A stretch of DNA of 64,000 bases from Lingula anatina. Taxonomy: Eukaryota > Animalia > Brachiopoda. Under the pieces are notes generated by a model that saw nothing but the letters and a program-made list of their open reading frames with translations, made no database searches and had not been told where the DNA came from. A program made the translations under genes and the position numbers. The stretch covers positions 14,048,644 through 14,112,643 of the forward strand of contig CM120643.1 of assembly GCA_051362555.1 (NCBI GenBank), given 5' to 3'. This document shows, one piece after another, positions 30,701 to 42,901 of the stretch (positions within the stretch are counted from its first letter, which is position 1; every line of letters begins with the position of its first letter).

Positions 30701-32950
30701 ATGTCCACGACTTCGGAAAATGGAATTAAAGAGAGCATTTATCATGAAAAGTATACTCCACCAATTACTTTGCTTGGTAAAGTACGTGAAAACTCGATTG
30801 CCAACGGGCAAGGTGGTGAGTTTCAAGAGAAAATCATTGTAAACGGAGTAGTAGATGCGAATTGTGGTGTTGGGACAATAACAGGTAACGATCACGGTGA
30901 AGAAACTGACGGGGATGCGAAGATGCCTTTTCCACTTCCTCCTCACTGTCATGATAACGAGGATCGGCTTCTTGCTACTGAAATTCCCACAGCTACTACA
31001 AGCAAAGATTCAGAAATAAACCAAAAATGTTGCATATGTGGTCCACCAAAAGGCACCAGTAAACCCGAGTACACAAAGCTATCCTTATTTCCTAGTGTTC
31101 AGAGAGAGGTTCATGAACTTTTAAAGATTTTAACTGCTCCAGATGATTCGGATGCCTGTTGTGAAAGATGTCTTGGTTTTATGAAAACTCTTATAAAACT
31201 AAAAAATGACTTTTTGAGTATGAAGAGATTAATTATATCACTTAACGCTGATGCACAACTAGAACTATCAAAGACCATTAACCATACAGAATTAGAAGAA
31301 GAAGAACACGGTTTGAATGATCAAGAAAATGAAACGCACAATTCGGACAACCAAGAACAAACCAGTGAGGTTTTAATCAAGAAAGAAACCATATATGGCT
31401 TTGGATATGAGGAAACTTGCGACAGGAATCTTCCACCTGCAGATGAATGTGGATCACATGAAAGTACTCACACTGGGCAGAGACATTATATGTATATATT
31501 GCATCCATTCAGATGTCAGAATTGTAATGAAAAATTTTTCAACAAGAGTGCTTTCTTAAAACACAACGAAGAGTGTATGAAAGATGATGTTACATCTACA
31601 ATGGAAACAGAATCTGTGGTAAAGAATGACAAGAAAACTTCCATTGACACTGGAACAAAATCAATTACTTATTTGCATTGCGATAAAACATTCAGTAAGG
31701 ATAATGAACGAACAAGGCATAAAAAAATCCATCAATTGAATTGTTCTTATTGTGGTAAATCTTTTATGAGGACAAGTGCTCTTAAAAGGCATGAGAAAAT
31801 TCATGCTATATACACTTGCTCTCATTGTGATAGAACATTCAAGAGGAAAGTGGATCTTGTTTCACATGCAGTCATTCACACAGATGACAGACTCAAATGT
31901 AAAAGTTGTGAAAAGACTTTTACCAGGATGGCTGATCTAGTGGAACATGGAAAAACCCATGAGTTAAAGTGCCGTCATTGTGATAAATCTTGCTGGGGAC
32001 CCAGAGCTCTTAAAAAACATGAGAAGATCCACACTGATGAAAAGAAACACAAATGTAACCACTGTGGCAAGCCCTTTGCCTATCGTTGTTATTTGAAGAA
32101 ACATATGGAAATTCACACTGGGAAAATTCACACTAGGAAAAGAAAAAAATTGCGTGCTACTACTGGTAGTACATACATGTACACTTGCTCACATTGTGAT
32201 AGAACATTCAAGAGGAAAGTGCATCTTGTTTCCCATGCAGTCATTCACAAAGATGACAGACTCAAATGTAAAAGTTGTGAAGAGACTTTTACCAGGATGG
32301 CTGATCTAGTGGAACATGGAAAAATCCATGAATTAATATGCTCTCACTGTGGTAAATCTTGTTGGGGACCCAGAGCTCTTAAAAAGCATGAGAAAATCCA
32401 CACTGAAAAAAAGAAACACAAATGTAACCACTGTGGCAAGCCCTTTGCCTATGCTTGTTATTTAAAGATACATATGAGAATTCACACTGGAGAAAAACCA
32501 TATAGGTGCACATACTGTACAAAAAGTTTTGCTTTAGGTCCATGTTTGAAAATTCATATAATGAACAAGCACACTGGAGAAAAGCCATACAAATGCCAAT
32601 ATTGTGAACGAGGATTTTCTGTCAAAATTGCTTGTATAGAACATGAACGCACTCACACTGGCGAGAGGCCATTTAAGTGTGATTTTTGTGACAAAAGTTT
32701 TAAGTCAAGATCACATTGGTTAAGTCATGTGAAAAATCACCAAGGTATTTTAAAACCACTGGTTTGTTCTTACTGTGGAAAAAGATTTACAGTCAGGAGT
32801 TTACTTGTGATACATGAAAGAACTCACACTGGAGAGAAGCCATTCAAATGTAATTACTGTGACAAAAGATTCATAAGAAAAAATAAATGTAATGAACATG
32901 AAAGGATTCACACCAGAGATAAAACTGTCAAAATTAAACCAAACCAATAA
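30701..32950 (+). CDS. ZAD-like/C2H2 zinc-finger protein, array gene 7 (~15 fingers; tail lost)
   Basis: 749-aa ORF, intact twin of gene 6, with two copies of the 369-bp unit (31811, 32180). Confidence 0.94.
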   Translation: MSTTSENGIKESIYHEKYTPPITLLGKVRENSIANGQGGEFQEKIIVNGVVDANCGVGTITGNDHGEETDGDAKMPFPLPPHCHDNEDRLLATEIPTATTSKDSEINQKCCICGPPKGTSKPEYTKLSLFPSVQREVHELLKILTAPDDSDACCERCLGFMKTLIKLKNDFLSMKRLIISLNADAQLELSKTINHTELEEEEHGLNDQENETHNSDNQEQTSEVLIKKETIYGFGYEETCDRNLPPADECGSHESTHTGQRHYMYILHPFRCQNCNEKFFNKSAFLKHNEECMKDDVTSTMETESVVKNDKKTSIDTGTKSITYLHCDKTFSKDNERTRHKKIHQLNCSYCGKSFMRTSALKRHEKIHAIYTCSHCDRTFKRKVDLVSHAVIHTDDRLKCKSCEKTFTRMADLVEHGKTHELKCRHCDKSCWGPRALKKHEKIHTDEKKHKCNHCGKPFAYRCYLKKHMEIHTGKIHTRKRKKLRATTGSTYMYTCSHCDRTFKRKVHLVSHAVIHKDDRLKCKSCEETFTRMADLVEHGKIHELICSHCGKSCWGPRALKKHEKIHTEKKKHKCNHCGKPFAYACYLKIHMRIHTGEKPYRCTYCTKSFALGPCLKIHIMNKHTGEKPYKCQYCERGFSVKIACIEHERTHTGERPFKCDFCDKSFKSRSHWLSHVKNHQGILKPLVCSYCGKRFTVRSLLVIHERTHTGEKPFKCNYCDKRFIRKNKCNEHERIHTRDKTVKIKPNQ

Positions 32951-33260
32951 AAAGGTGAAAAATGAACTAAAATTAAGAAAAGTAATGCTGAGATCCTGTG
33001 AAGACATAGTATCCTAGTGGTGTAAATATGAGTTGAAACTTGGACAGTACAGTGGCTAGACTGATGTTTGACATGTACATAACTTGTAGACCCCAGCACA
33101 GTGAAAACACATTCAGACCTCAGCACATGGAAAATGCATTTAGATCACAGTGCATGCATACCTCATTTAGGGGTCCACACTCTAGTAATGTGTTTTCTAC
33201 TCCAGAGGCACTGAGAGAATCCAAATCCATACATGTAAAGCGTGCACTGTCAGGAACATG
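32951..33260 (+). pseudogene. Vestigial family tail downstream of the gene 7 stop
   Basis: RPQHSENTFRPQHMENAFRSQCMHTSFRGPHSSNVFSTPEA is encoded beyond the stop. Confidence 0.8.
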
Positions 33261-34308
33261 AATACATTTTCCCACAGTATACGCCTGACAGGAATCAGGA
33301 CTTATGAAAAATTGCTTTACCTCAAATAAAAGTTTGCATATTTAGTGCTTTTTAGTTATGATATACATAGAAGTGTGTTAAAAAAATTCATTTACAACTC
33401 AGAAATGAAGCCTTCAATAAATACATAATAAAAATATGAAAATATAAGAAAATAACATTTAATGAATAAATATAAATAATAAAACTTGTATATACACTTG
33501 TTTTTTATTTTTTTTTTATTTTATTTTTTTTTTTACATTATCACTGGAAAACGTCCTGATTGGAATGAAAGGTATGAAAAAGTACATTATGTATATATGT
33601 ATGTATATATCAAACCAAAGGCTGAAATGTTAGGACCAATTTTTATTAAACATTAATGTGCAAGACTTAAAACAGAGAGAAATATTTTATTTTACATGTG
33701 GTATAAGTGGAATCGATTATCATCATGCAGAACTAAGTAACAATTTAAAGGCTCAGATGATTAATAAAACTAATTAGAAAAATTACTTTGCAGAACATTA
33801 CAATTGGACATTTTTATCTTTACTTTTAATATCATAAGTTTTCAGTTTGAAAAAATCCTTTTGATTTTCTTTTTTGGTTGTTATGTCCACAGGACATTTT
33901 TATGGATTTTATACCTTTCCTCTCTCTCTCCCTCATTCTATTATTAAGGAGGAGTACCTAAGTAGTGCAAGTGTGTACATGTATTGGTGCAGGAAGTATC
34001 GGAGCGGAGACGTAAAGAATAGGGATGTTATCTTACTGCATGCTCACAGCAGTAGGACCATATAATACTAGTACGCATAAAATTATTTTTTTCCTTTAAT
34101 TCATATTGAAATAACTACACTGTATATTAATGATAGAAAACACTGTTGAAGAACCCTGTTGCGTCTTAAAATGCACAACGTCAGCCCTCTGGTGTTCTTT
34201 GTTGTTTTTAACGAGCACCAGATAATTCCAACCATGATAAACTGGTGCTCCCCCCCCCCCCCCCCCCCCCCCCCCCCCTTCTTGGCCCATTTCGCCACTC
34301 GGCAAATC

Positions 34309-34318
34309 AAGACAAGCT
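34309..34318 (+). promoter_or_regulatory. Conserved upstream motif AAGACAAGCT (gene 8)
   Basis: Exact 10-mer 388 bp before the ATG. Confidence 0.55.
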
Positions 34319-34696
34319 ACACATTTAGATAGATAGATGTAATTATTGCGCAGCTTATGGTACTCTAAAATACTTTGACAGTAACGAACAATTCAGAAAA
34401 CAGCTAGATTAGCGAGATATGCCCGACTTCACTCTTAGTCTACGTAAAACAGAAATTACCCGCTTTGAAAATAGCAATAAATTGTATTATCGGGTGTTAG
34501 TAATTTTCCGTTATCTCTGTACATTTGCTCTTTGTCTGTCATGTCACAGTGCGAATTTAGTGGGAATCTTTGTGGACATTAGTGGACATTTGAAGGCCAG
34601 TCTCATTAAAGTCATGCCCAGCTTCTGCTATGATGGTAATTTGATATATTTCACCCATTGTGAAATTTTCTTGAGGAAGAGATCTCTACATCGATA

Positions 34697-37258
34697 ATGT
34701 CCACGACTGCGGGAGATGAGATGGAAAGTACCAGTACTTATAATGACAAAGAGATTAATTACGGTACTCCGTCGATTTCTTTGCCTGATGAAATAAGTAA
34801 AAGCTCAATTGCTCAGGGACAAGACGGGGAGTTAGAGCGAGAGGAAACAATTTCAAACAAAGTTGATGCCAGTCCAGGAGATGGAACAATAACGGGTAAC
34901 AATCGACAGTCACAACTTGTTGCAAGCAGTGAAGAAAAAGATGATGGTGATGGGCAGTTGCCTCTTCCTCTTCGTCACAATCATGACAACAGAGATCAGC
35001 TCCTTACCACCGAAATGTCCACGGGTGCTACAGATAAAGATTCAGAACTCAACCATAGATGTTTCATATGTGGTCCACCAAAAGACGCCCATAAAACTGA
35101 GTACACAAAGCTATCCTTATTTCCTGGTGTTGAGAAAGAAGTCCGTGAACTTTTAAAGATATTAACTGCTCCAGACAATTCGGATGTCTGTTGTGATAGA
35201 TGCCTGGGTTTTATGAAAACTTTTATAAGACTGAAAAATGATTTTTTGAGCATGAGGCGGAAAATAATTGCTCTTCATATTGATGCACAGCTAGAACTGT
35301 CAAAGAATGCTATCCATAAGGAATCAGAGGAGGAATATCACGATTTGAGTGATCAAGAAAATAAAGCACACGATTTGGACAACCAAGGACAAAATAGTGA
35401 AGTTTTAGTCAAACAAGAAGTCATTGATTATGGATTTGAAGATGATAATAATCTTGATGAAAAACTGGAATGTTTAAAGAAATGCAGGTGTCAGCACTGC
35501 AGTCTAAGTTTTACAGGAATGAATGATTTAAAGATGCATCTTATGAAGGAACATGAAAATATTCACACTGGAAAAAAGCCATTTAAATGTCAATATTGTG
35601 ATAGTTCTTTTCGTAGAAAAAACAACTGCGTTCAGCATGAAAAAAGACACAGAATGTTTAAATGTAAAATTTGCTACAAGAACTTTGCAACTGCAGATGA
35701 ACATAATTCACATAAAGGTACCCACACTAGACAAAAAAATTATATCTCAATATTGCATTCATCCAAATGTCAAAACTGTAATGAAAAATTTTTCAACAAG
35801 ATGGCATTCTTAAAACACAAACAAAAGTGTGTAAAACATGCTGTTACATCTGCAAAGAAAACTAAATCTGTGATAAAGAATGACAAGAGGAAAAAGACCA
35901 GTGATTCTGGAACAAAATTATTTCAGTGTTCGTATTGTGATAAATTATTGAGTAAGAGAAATGCACTTATTATGCATGAGAAAATACATAATAGTAAAAG
36001 AGTTTTAAAATGTGAGCATTGTGAAAAATCATTTACTAGGACAGTTGATTTGGTAGAACATGAAAAAATTCATGAATTGAAATGTTCTTATTGTAATAAG
36101 TCTTACTGGGGGACAAGAGCTCTGAAAAGGCATGAGAAAATTCACAGTAGTGAAAAATCGCACCTTATATACACTTGCTCATATTGTGATAGAACATTCA
36201 CCAGGAGAAGGGCACTTGATTTGCATGAAGTCATACACAAAGACGACAGACTTAAGTGTAAAAGTTGTGAAAAGACTTTTACCAGGAAGGCTGACCTAGT
36301 GGAACATGAAAGAATCCACGAATTAAAGTGCTCCCACTGTGGTAAATCTTGTTGGGGAATCAGAGCTCTTAACAGGCATGAAAAAATACACACTGGTGAA
36401 AAGCCACACAAATGTAAACACTGTGGCAAGTCCTTTGCCTATGGTAGAGAATTGGAGGCACATATGAGAACTCACACTGGAGAAAAGCCATATTTATGTC
36501 AATACTGTACCCAAAGTTTTGCTTTAAACTCAACTTTGAAAATGCATGAAATGACGAAACACACTGGAGAAAAACCACATAAGTGTCAGTATTGTGGTAA
36601 GGGATTTCCAGCTAAGCTAGCTTGTGAAGAACATGAACGATTTCACACTGGTGAAAAGCCATTCAAGTGTGATTTTTGTGACCGACGTTTTGTAAGGAAG
36701 GCAAATTGGAGAGATCATATAAAGACCCATTTAGGAATTAAACCACAGGTTTGTTCTTTCTGTGGAAAAGGATTTCGTGACAGAGGCACCCTTGCTATAC
36801 ATGAAAGGACACACACAGGAGAGAGGCCATTTCGATGTAAATACTGTGATAAAACATTCATTAGAAAGTCTAAATGTAACGCACACGAAAAAAGTCACAC
36901 AGGAGAAAAAATGTCCAGGAAACAACCATCTGATGATAAATTGAAAAGTCAGAATAGGGTTAGTAAAAATAAGCATGCTGAAGACAACAGCAGTAGAAGT
37001 AACCATTCTAATGGCTTGGTAATGAGTCAACAGTTGGACAGTTCATTCATCAGTCAGCAGTTTGACAGCACATATAGAACCCAGCACAGTGAGAGCACAT
37101 ACAGACCTCAGCACACTGACAGTACATTGAGATCTCAGCACATGGAAACCTCATTTAGTGGTCCACACTCCAGTAATGTGTTCCCTGCTCCAGAGGCTGT
37201 TTATCATGGAGATAATCCTAATCCCTATGGGTATAACATGTATATGCCAGGAATGTGA
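34697..37258 (+). CDS. ZAD-like/C2H2 zinc-finger protein, array gene 8 (16 fingers; ends YNMYMPGM)
   Basis: 853-aa ORF with CFIC..CCDRC, VKQE and a full tail. Confidence 0.95.
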   Translation: MSTTAGDEMESTSTYNDKEINYGTPSISLPDEISKSSIAQGQDGELEREETISNKVDASPGDGTITGNNRQSQLVASSEEKDDGDGQLPLPLRHNHDNRDQLLTTEMSTGATDKDSELNHRCFICGPPKDAHKTEYTKLSLFPGVEKEVRELLKILTAPDNSDVCCDRCLGFMKTFIRLKNDFLSMRRKIIALHIDAQLELSKNAIHKESEEEYHDLSDQENKAHDLDNQGQNSEVLVKQEVIDYGFEDDNNLDEKLECLKKCRCQHCSLSFTGMNDLKMHLMKEHENIHTGKKPFKCQYCDSSFRRKNNCVQHEKRHRMFKCKICYKNFATADEHNSHKGTHTRQKNYISILHSSKCQNCNEKFFNKMAFLKHKQKCVKHAVTSAKKTKSVIKNDKRKKTSDSGTKLFQCSYCDKLLSKRNALIMHEKIHNSKRVLKCEHCEKSFTRTVDLVEHEKIHELKCSYCNKSYWGTRALKRHEKIHSSEKSHLIYTCSYCDRTFTRRRALDLHEVIHKDDRLKCKSCEKTFTRKADLVEHERIHELKCSHCGKSCWGIRALNRHEKIHTGEKPHKCKHCGKSFAYGRELEAHMRTHTGEKPYLCQYCTQSFALNSTLKMHEMTKHTGEKPHKCQYCGKGFPAKLACEEHERFHTGEKPFKCDFCDRRFVRKANWRDHIKTHLGIKPQVCSFCGKGFRDRGTLAIHERTHTGERPFRCKYCDKTFIRKSKCNAHEKSHTGEKMSRKQPSDDKLKSQNRVSKNKHAEDNSSRSNHSNGLVMSQQLDSSFISQQFDSTYRTQHSESTYRPQHTDSTLRSQHMETSFSGPHSSNVFPAPEAVYHGDNPNPYGYNMYMPGM

Positions 37259-37640
37259 TGGCTTTTATAACTGAGAAACAGACATATGCAAGTGAGATTT
37301 TCCTCAGTTAAAATTATGGATATTACAAACTAAGAATTAATAAAGAAATACATTGGTGCATAAGAGAAAAAAAGTAATTTTACTATTGTTATGATTTTTA
37401 TTATTTATTTTTTATTTATATATATTTTTTTTGGAGCGGGGGGGGGGGAGGATTAAGCCAAGAAGTTAGCTGTGTATATAGCATATTTATTTTAAGAGAA
37501 TGTTTGATAACGATAAATGAATTTTTAGTCCTCCCCTTAAAATTTAAACAAAAAATGCTGTGTTCATTTTCAATTGCAGTATTATTATCAAATTAATAAT
37601 AATAATAATAATATATAGTCATGATAGTGATATCTATTTT

Positions 37641-37865
37641 GGGTGCATTCCCAGAGATTTAGATCGATCCAGGGATTAAGATTTTGATCGACCTAACTCC
37701 CTGGGGGTTCACGCTAAATTGCAGTCAGCCGAGCGCACACCATAGTTAATTACCCCTTTACAGCTTTTAGTAGGCGGGAAAGACGCTTAAGCCGGCTAAG
37801 CTGACTGTAATCTAGTGAGACTCCCCGCAGGGATAGATCGATCTAAAATCTATGGAAATGGGGTC
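37641..37865. mobile_element. MITE, near-identical to 19762-19990
   Basis: gggtgcattcccagagatttagatcgatccagggattaag...gggatagatcgatctaaaatctatggaaatggggtc. Confidence 0.75.
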
Positions 37866-38819
37866 TTATAGTTTTGAATCCAAATTACATCCAATATACT
37901 TTACAATATGAATACAAAATAGCAGATGCAAGTTAAAGAAAAGGAGAACAATTGACATGAATTAAACAAATTGTTTAAATTATGTGAAATTTAAAGTTAC
38001 TTCATCAAGTCCATTAAACAGTCATGAAAAACTCAACTCATCATTGCAGTGATATTAAAAAAGAAAAAAAATCATGTTTTAAAATCCCCTGTAAAGTTTC
38101 TGGAGAGGCTGTATTCCATTGTTAAAGTAAAAATAAATTCTATTCATTTTGTGCAGCAGCTTTAAATGAGTTGCCCCATGTGTTTGATAGTTGGTTTTGA
38201 AAAATTCTATTAAAAAATCAAAAGTGAATTTTATGTATATGCTTGTTATGTTATGTAGCTTTTAGGCTTTTTACTAACCTCTTTTAAAATTTTTTTTTTT
38301 TTTTTTTTGTGGTTCATTTTTATTATTTTTTTAAAACAAATATTTAATTTTGTTCTTAAACACTTTTATTCTAACCTTTCACGGGGGGGGGGGGGGGGGG
38401 GGGGGGGGAGGGGACGTGGAAGATGTACATGTATTTCGATCGTTTTAACGTTGCCCTCTTAAAAGTTTGCTATTATGAAAACAAATAGTCAGAGGAATGT
38501 AACTGGCTGGAGGGAATGCATAAGATGAAACATTTCTTTTCTGTGGAAACATACACAATGTCCGAGTTTCAAATGATACGAAAGTACCTGCTTCGTCAAT
38601 GTAAACTAAAATTTAATTTGACGTTAACATGTTAGTCAGCCGCTAGTGATTTTCCTTTTCATCACACGTCACTTCCTGCGAAAACTCCCTTCCTTTGTGT
38701 GAAATTGACTTGGATTTACGGAGAGCGACCCTACGTGTGGCTAAACCAGAACTTTTTCCAGCCAATCAAACATGGTTTGTGACTGGTATTAGATCAACTT
38801 ATGATACTCAATATCAAAT

Positions 38820-41456
38820 ATGTCTGCACATTTGAAAGAAAGGGTCGATGAAGAGGCCAGTCGCACGGGGGAAATTACACCAACCAGGTCATTGTCGATT
38901 GAAAGTGATGAAGTCGGAGGTGCTCGTGTCCAAGATGTTTATTCTGATACAGAAGAATCGGCCTTAAACAAACAACATAGCGAGTACGATGATGCCACGG
39001 ATAACGACGACGAAGTACAGCATGAGACGCTCGATAAAAATGTGAGTGAAGAAAACAGTGTAGGATCAAAGACAGACGGCGAGGGCGAAGAACCGTGTGA
39101 TCAGGATAATAAAACTCTTAATATGACCAATCAAGAACAACACGATAAAACTCAAGTTGGTTTTGAGGTGCCACATATAACAAATGAAACTACTGATAGT
39201 ACTGCAAGTAAAGACCAAGAACAAAGTCCCAGGTGTATAATATGTGGCCCAACCAAAGACACTACCAAAACTGAATACACAAAGCTTGCTTCTTGCCCTG
39301 AAGTTGAGAAAGAAATTCATGAACTTTTAAAAATTCTCTCTCCCCCTGATGAATTGGATGTTTGTTGTGGCAGATGTCTTGGTTTCATGAAAACCTTTAT
39401 AAACCTTAAACATGAATTTTTAAGCATGAGGAGGAAGATCATTGCTCTTCATATTGATGCACAGCTAGAATTACCAGAGAGTCAAAACCATAAGGAATCA
39501 GATGATGATGATGATGATCAAGAACCATTTGATCAAGAAGAAAAAACACATGATTCTGACAATCAAGAACAAAGTGATGAAGTTCTTATCAAACATGAAG
39601 TTGTTGATATAGGGTTTGGTGAAGAAAATGGTTCTGATAAAGGAAAAAGAAAGGAAAGGAGATCAACTCGAAAAAAGGTTTTTAAGTGTAGGCACTGCAG
39701 TAAAAACTATACAAGAAAATATGACTTGACTGTGCATCTAAGAACTCACACTGGAGAAAAGCCAGCCAAATGTCGTTACTGTGAAAAAAGTTTTCACAGT
39801 CAAAATATTTGTTTACAGCATGAAAAGAAACACATAGAAAAACCATTCAGGTGTAAGATTTGTTTCAAGAATTTTTCAGCTGCTGATGCATGTAGAGAAC
39901 ATGAAAGTACCCATACTGCTCCAAGACCATTTCAATGCCAGTATTGCAGCAGAACATTTGAAAGGAAGAACGAATGGATAGTGCATGAAAGAACTCATAC
40001 TGGTGAAAGGCCTTTCAAATGTCAGTATTGTCCTAAAAGCTTCTTTAGTAAAAGTGCACGTTTAAAACACCTGAAAGCGAAGCACAAGAGTTTGATGCCA
40101 GTAAAGAAAAATGATGCTGAGATGAAAAAGAAGAAAGATGGCACTGATGCTGAAGCAAAAATATATAACTGCTCACATTGTGGTAAAACATTCAATAGAA
40201 AAGATGCAATCATTTTACATGAAAGAACTCATACTGGAGAAAGACCTTTCAAATGCCGATACTGTTACAAAACTTTTTGTGGGAAAAGCTCATGTTTAAA
40301 ACATGAGAGAGCAAAGCACAAAAATGTATTTTCTGCAAGGAGAAATGATGTTGAGACAGAGCAAGATGAAAAAAAGGAAAATGTGGATAGTAAAGGAAGA
40401 ATTTACACAAATGAAGGGTTAAAATGTGAACGTTGTGAAAAATGCTTTCTTAAGAAGGGTGAACTTGTAGAGCATGAGAAAATTCACGAATATAAATGTT
40501 CTCATTGTGGGAAATCTTGTTGGGGTAAGAAAGCTCTCAACAAGCATGAAAAAATTCATTCTGGTGGAAAACCACACAAATGCAAAAGCTGTGAGAAGTC
40601 ATTTGCTTATCGAGCATCCTTAGAAGAGCATGAGAGAATTCATACGGGGGAAAAACCATTTTTGTGCCAGTACTGCACAAAAAGTTTTACACAAAGCTCA
40701 ACTTTAAAATTGCATGAAAGAACCCAACACACTGGAGAAAAACCATACAAATGCCAATACTGTGAGCAGGGATTCCCAACCAGATTATCTTGTGAAGAAC
40801 ATGAACGCTTTCACACTGGTGAAAAGCCTTTTAAGTGTGATTACTGTGACAAAAGGTTTGTAAGAAAATCAAATTGGAGAGACCATGTTAAAACCCATCT
40901 AGGGATCAAACCTCAAGTTTGCTCCTACTGTGGAAAAGGATTTCGTGACAGAAGCACCCTCGCTAGACATGAAAGAACTCACACTGGAGAAAGGCCATTC
41001 AGATGTAAATATTGTGACAAAACATTTATAAGAAAATCTTATTGTAATGAACATGAAAAGAGCCACACTGGTGAGAAACCAGTAAAAAGTCAGCAGTCTA
41101 TTAATAAGATAAAAAATCAGGTTAAAACACATAAAAATCAGCATGCAGAAGACCACTTCACCAGTCAGCACACAAACAGTTCTTTCATGAGCCAGCACTC
41201 GAATAGCTCTTTCATAAGTCAACACTCCGAAAGCACATTTAGAACTCAGCACACTGACAGTACATTTCTAACAGGGTCTGCAGACAGCACTTTTAGAACG
41301 GGGCTGCCTGACAGCACTTATAGCCATAGGCATCAGCACTCGGAACCATCATTTAGGGGCTCACACTCGAGCAATGTATTCCCAACTCCAGAGGCTGTTT
41401 ATCATGGGGATAATCCTAATCCATATATGTATAATATGTACATGCCAGGATTGTGA
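38820..41456 (+). CDS. ZAD-like/C2H2 zinc-finger protein, array gene 9 (15 fingers; expanded repeat tail; ends YNMYMPGL)
   Basis: 878-aa ORF with CIIC..CCGRC and IKHE. Confidence 0.95.
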   Translation: MSAHLKERVDEEASRTGEITPTRSLSIESDEVGGARVQDVYSDTEESALNKQHSEYDDATDNDDEVQHETLDKNVSEENSVGSKTDGEGEEPCDQDNKTLNMTNQEQHDKTQVGFEVPHITNETTDSTASKDQEQSPRCIICGPTKDTTKTEYTKLASCPEVEKEIHELLKILSPPDELDVCCGRCLGFMKTFINLKHEFLSMRRKIIALHIDAQLELPESQNHKESDDDDDDQEPFDQEEKTHDSDNQEQSDEVLIKHEVVDIGFGEENGSDKGKRKERRSTRKKVFKCRHCSKNYTRKYDLTVHLRTHTGEKPAKCRYCEKSFHSQNICLQHEKKHIEKPFRCKICFKNFSAADACREHESTHTAPRPFQCQYCSRTFERKNEWIVHERTHTGERPFKCQYCPKSFFSKSARLKHLKAKHKSLMPVKKNDAEMKKKKDGTDAEAKIYNCSHCGKTFNRKDAIILHERTHTGERPFKCRYCYKTFCGKSSCLKHERAKHKNVFSARRNDVETEQDEKKENVDSKGRIYTNEGLKCERCEKCFLKKGELVEHEKIHEYKCSHCGKSCWGKKALNKHEKIHSGGKPHKCKSCEKSFAYRASLEEHERIHTGEKPFLCQYCTKSFTQSSTLKLHERTQHTGEKPYKCQYCEQGFPTRLSCEEHERFHTGEKPFKCDYCDKRFVRKSNWRDHVKTHLGIKPQVCSYCGKGFRDRSTLARHERTHTGERPFRCKYCDKTFIRKSYCNEHEKSHTGEKPVKSQQSINKIKNQVKTHKNQHAEDHFTSQHTNSSFMSQHSNSSFISQHSESTFRTQHTDSTFLTGSADSTFRTGLPDSTYSHRHQHSEPSFRGSHSSNVFPTPEAVYHGDNPNPYMYNMYMPGL

Positions 41457-42853
41457 TTTTTTTTATATATTTGCCAAAACAGAGACCTCTGCATCAAGAG
41501 GTTTCTATATAATGAAAGACTTTAAAGTAAATACTATAATTATAACCTACTAGCTTCAAATAAGATGGAAGTTAAAATCATTACAATTTTAAACACATGT
41601 TGTAGAAATCTAATTGTAAAAATTAATTATGGAAAAGTTGTTTAAATTTCAGTGATTGTTGTCAGTAATTGTATTTTTTTAAGTGTAGCCTATTTGCATT
41701 ATGCCAGAATAAGGTCAAATTTAAATACAAATTACTCTTTGGATAGTGTTAAACACTAGCTAAGAAGTCGTGCAGATTGATCACTAGGGTCTAGGGTGTA
41801 TGTTTTGTTTGTTGACTAGTCTTTAATTTTTATTTATTCCCCATTGGAATAATTATAATCAAAATTTCTTACACAATGTTGACCCATACCACGTTTGACA
41901 AGAATGTGGAGTACATTTGAAATAGTCTTTGTAGTTACTGACCTAAAACTTATTTAAAGGTATGTCTTATGAATTAAGCATGGTTATCTAGTAATAAACT
42001 AATAAACCACTTTCACTAGTTTCTTAGGAGACTCCGAGTCTACATGCCAATGGATAAACTGAATTAATCACTAGATCTGCAATAAAAAAGGCATGAAACT
42101 GTGCCTATTTAAATTTTTTTATCATAATTTGACCTAGCTACTTGTCTGCCCCAGTTATATACAGCACAGAATGTGAGCAGAAAATATCTGTTCAGATATC
42201 ATTTTTGGGTAATAAGAACCAATTTCCTGGTACATTAAATTGAAACCTTATGATGGAATTTGGTCAGCTTTTGGGGCAAAAAAAATTGACTTCATATACA
42301 TTTTTAATAGGTACCAATTTAAATAATTTAATAATTTTTAATAGGCACCAAGCCACCAATTAGTAAATAATTTGATTATATTTTTATTTATTCATAACTT
42401 TCCAATAAGATATATTTGACTCTAATGCGCTTGGCTATATGTAAGGAACAATTGATATTGTATGTTTTAAATGTTTGTTATATTATATAAAATTATGAGT
42501 ATTTTGAAAAATATGTCAAAGAATAAAAATATCCTTTAGAAATGCTTTTTTTTACCATTTTTGTAGAGAACAATCTTAATAGAATCACAATTATAATAGT
42601 CATAAATAATCAATGAATAATATTTGTTTTGGATTATGATAACTTATGGTGTCTGGTTTCAGAAAGAATTAAAATGTTCCATAAGTGAACATCTTTAGAA
42701 ACAATATTTATGGAGGATTTTCAGGAATAGAAATTTAATTTTGATTTTGCTTGGTATTTCAGAAATTAATAACATAATAAACATTATGTGTAATATTTAT
42801 TTAAATAACGATAGATCAAATCTTGACTCTATGATGGTTGTCATGGATAGTCC

Positions 42854-42854
<1 letters not shown>

Positions 42855-42900
<46 letters not shown>
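42855..42900. repeat. (TTTA)n microsatellite
   Basis: Direct reading. Confidence 0.9.

Positions 42901-42901
<1 letters not shown>

Larger units (their letters stand above)
23365..34245 (+). repeat. Recent tandem segmental duplication (unit A 23365-29990 with gene 6; unit B 29991-34245 with gene 7)
   Basis: gtaaggtctgcagaatgta starts both units (23365, 29991). attccaaccatgataaactgg ends both (~29991, ~34245). Coding and non-coding sequence are near-identical between units. Confidence 0.9.

Noticed and set aside
28613-33261. ORFs 28613-28861 and 33040-33261 as independent small genes
   Set aside because: They are vestiges of the family tail. The start is not conserved as ATG in both copies and the terminal motif is lost.
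34419-34697. 92-aa ORF overlapping the gene 8 start by one base
   Set aside because: No recognisable domain and not conserved as an ORF in paralogous upstream regions.
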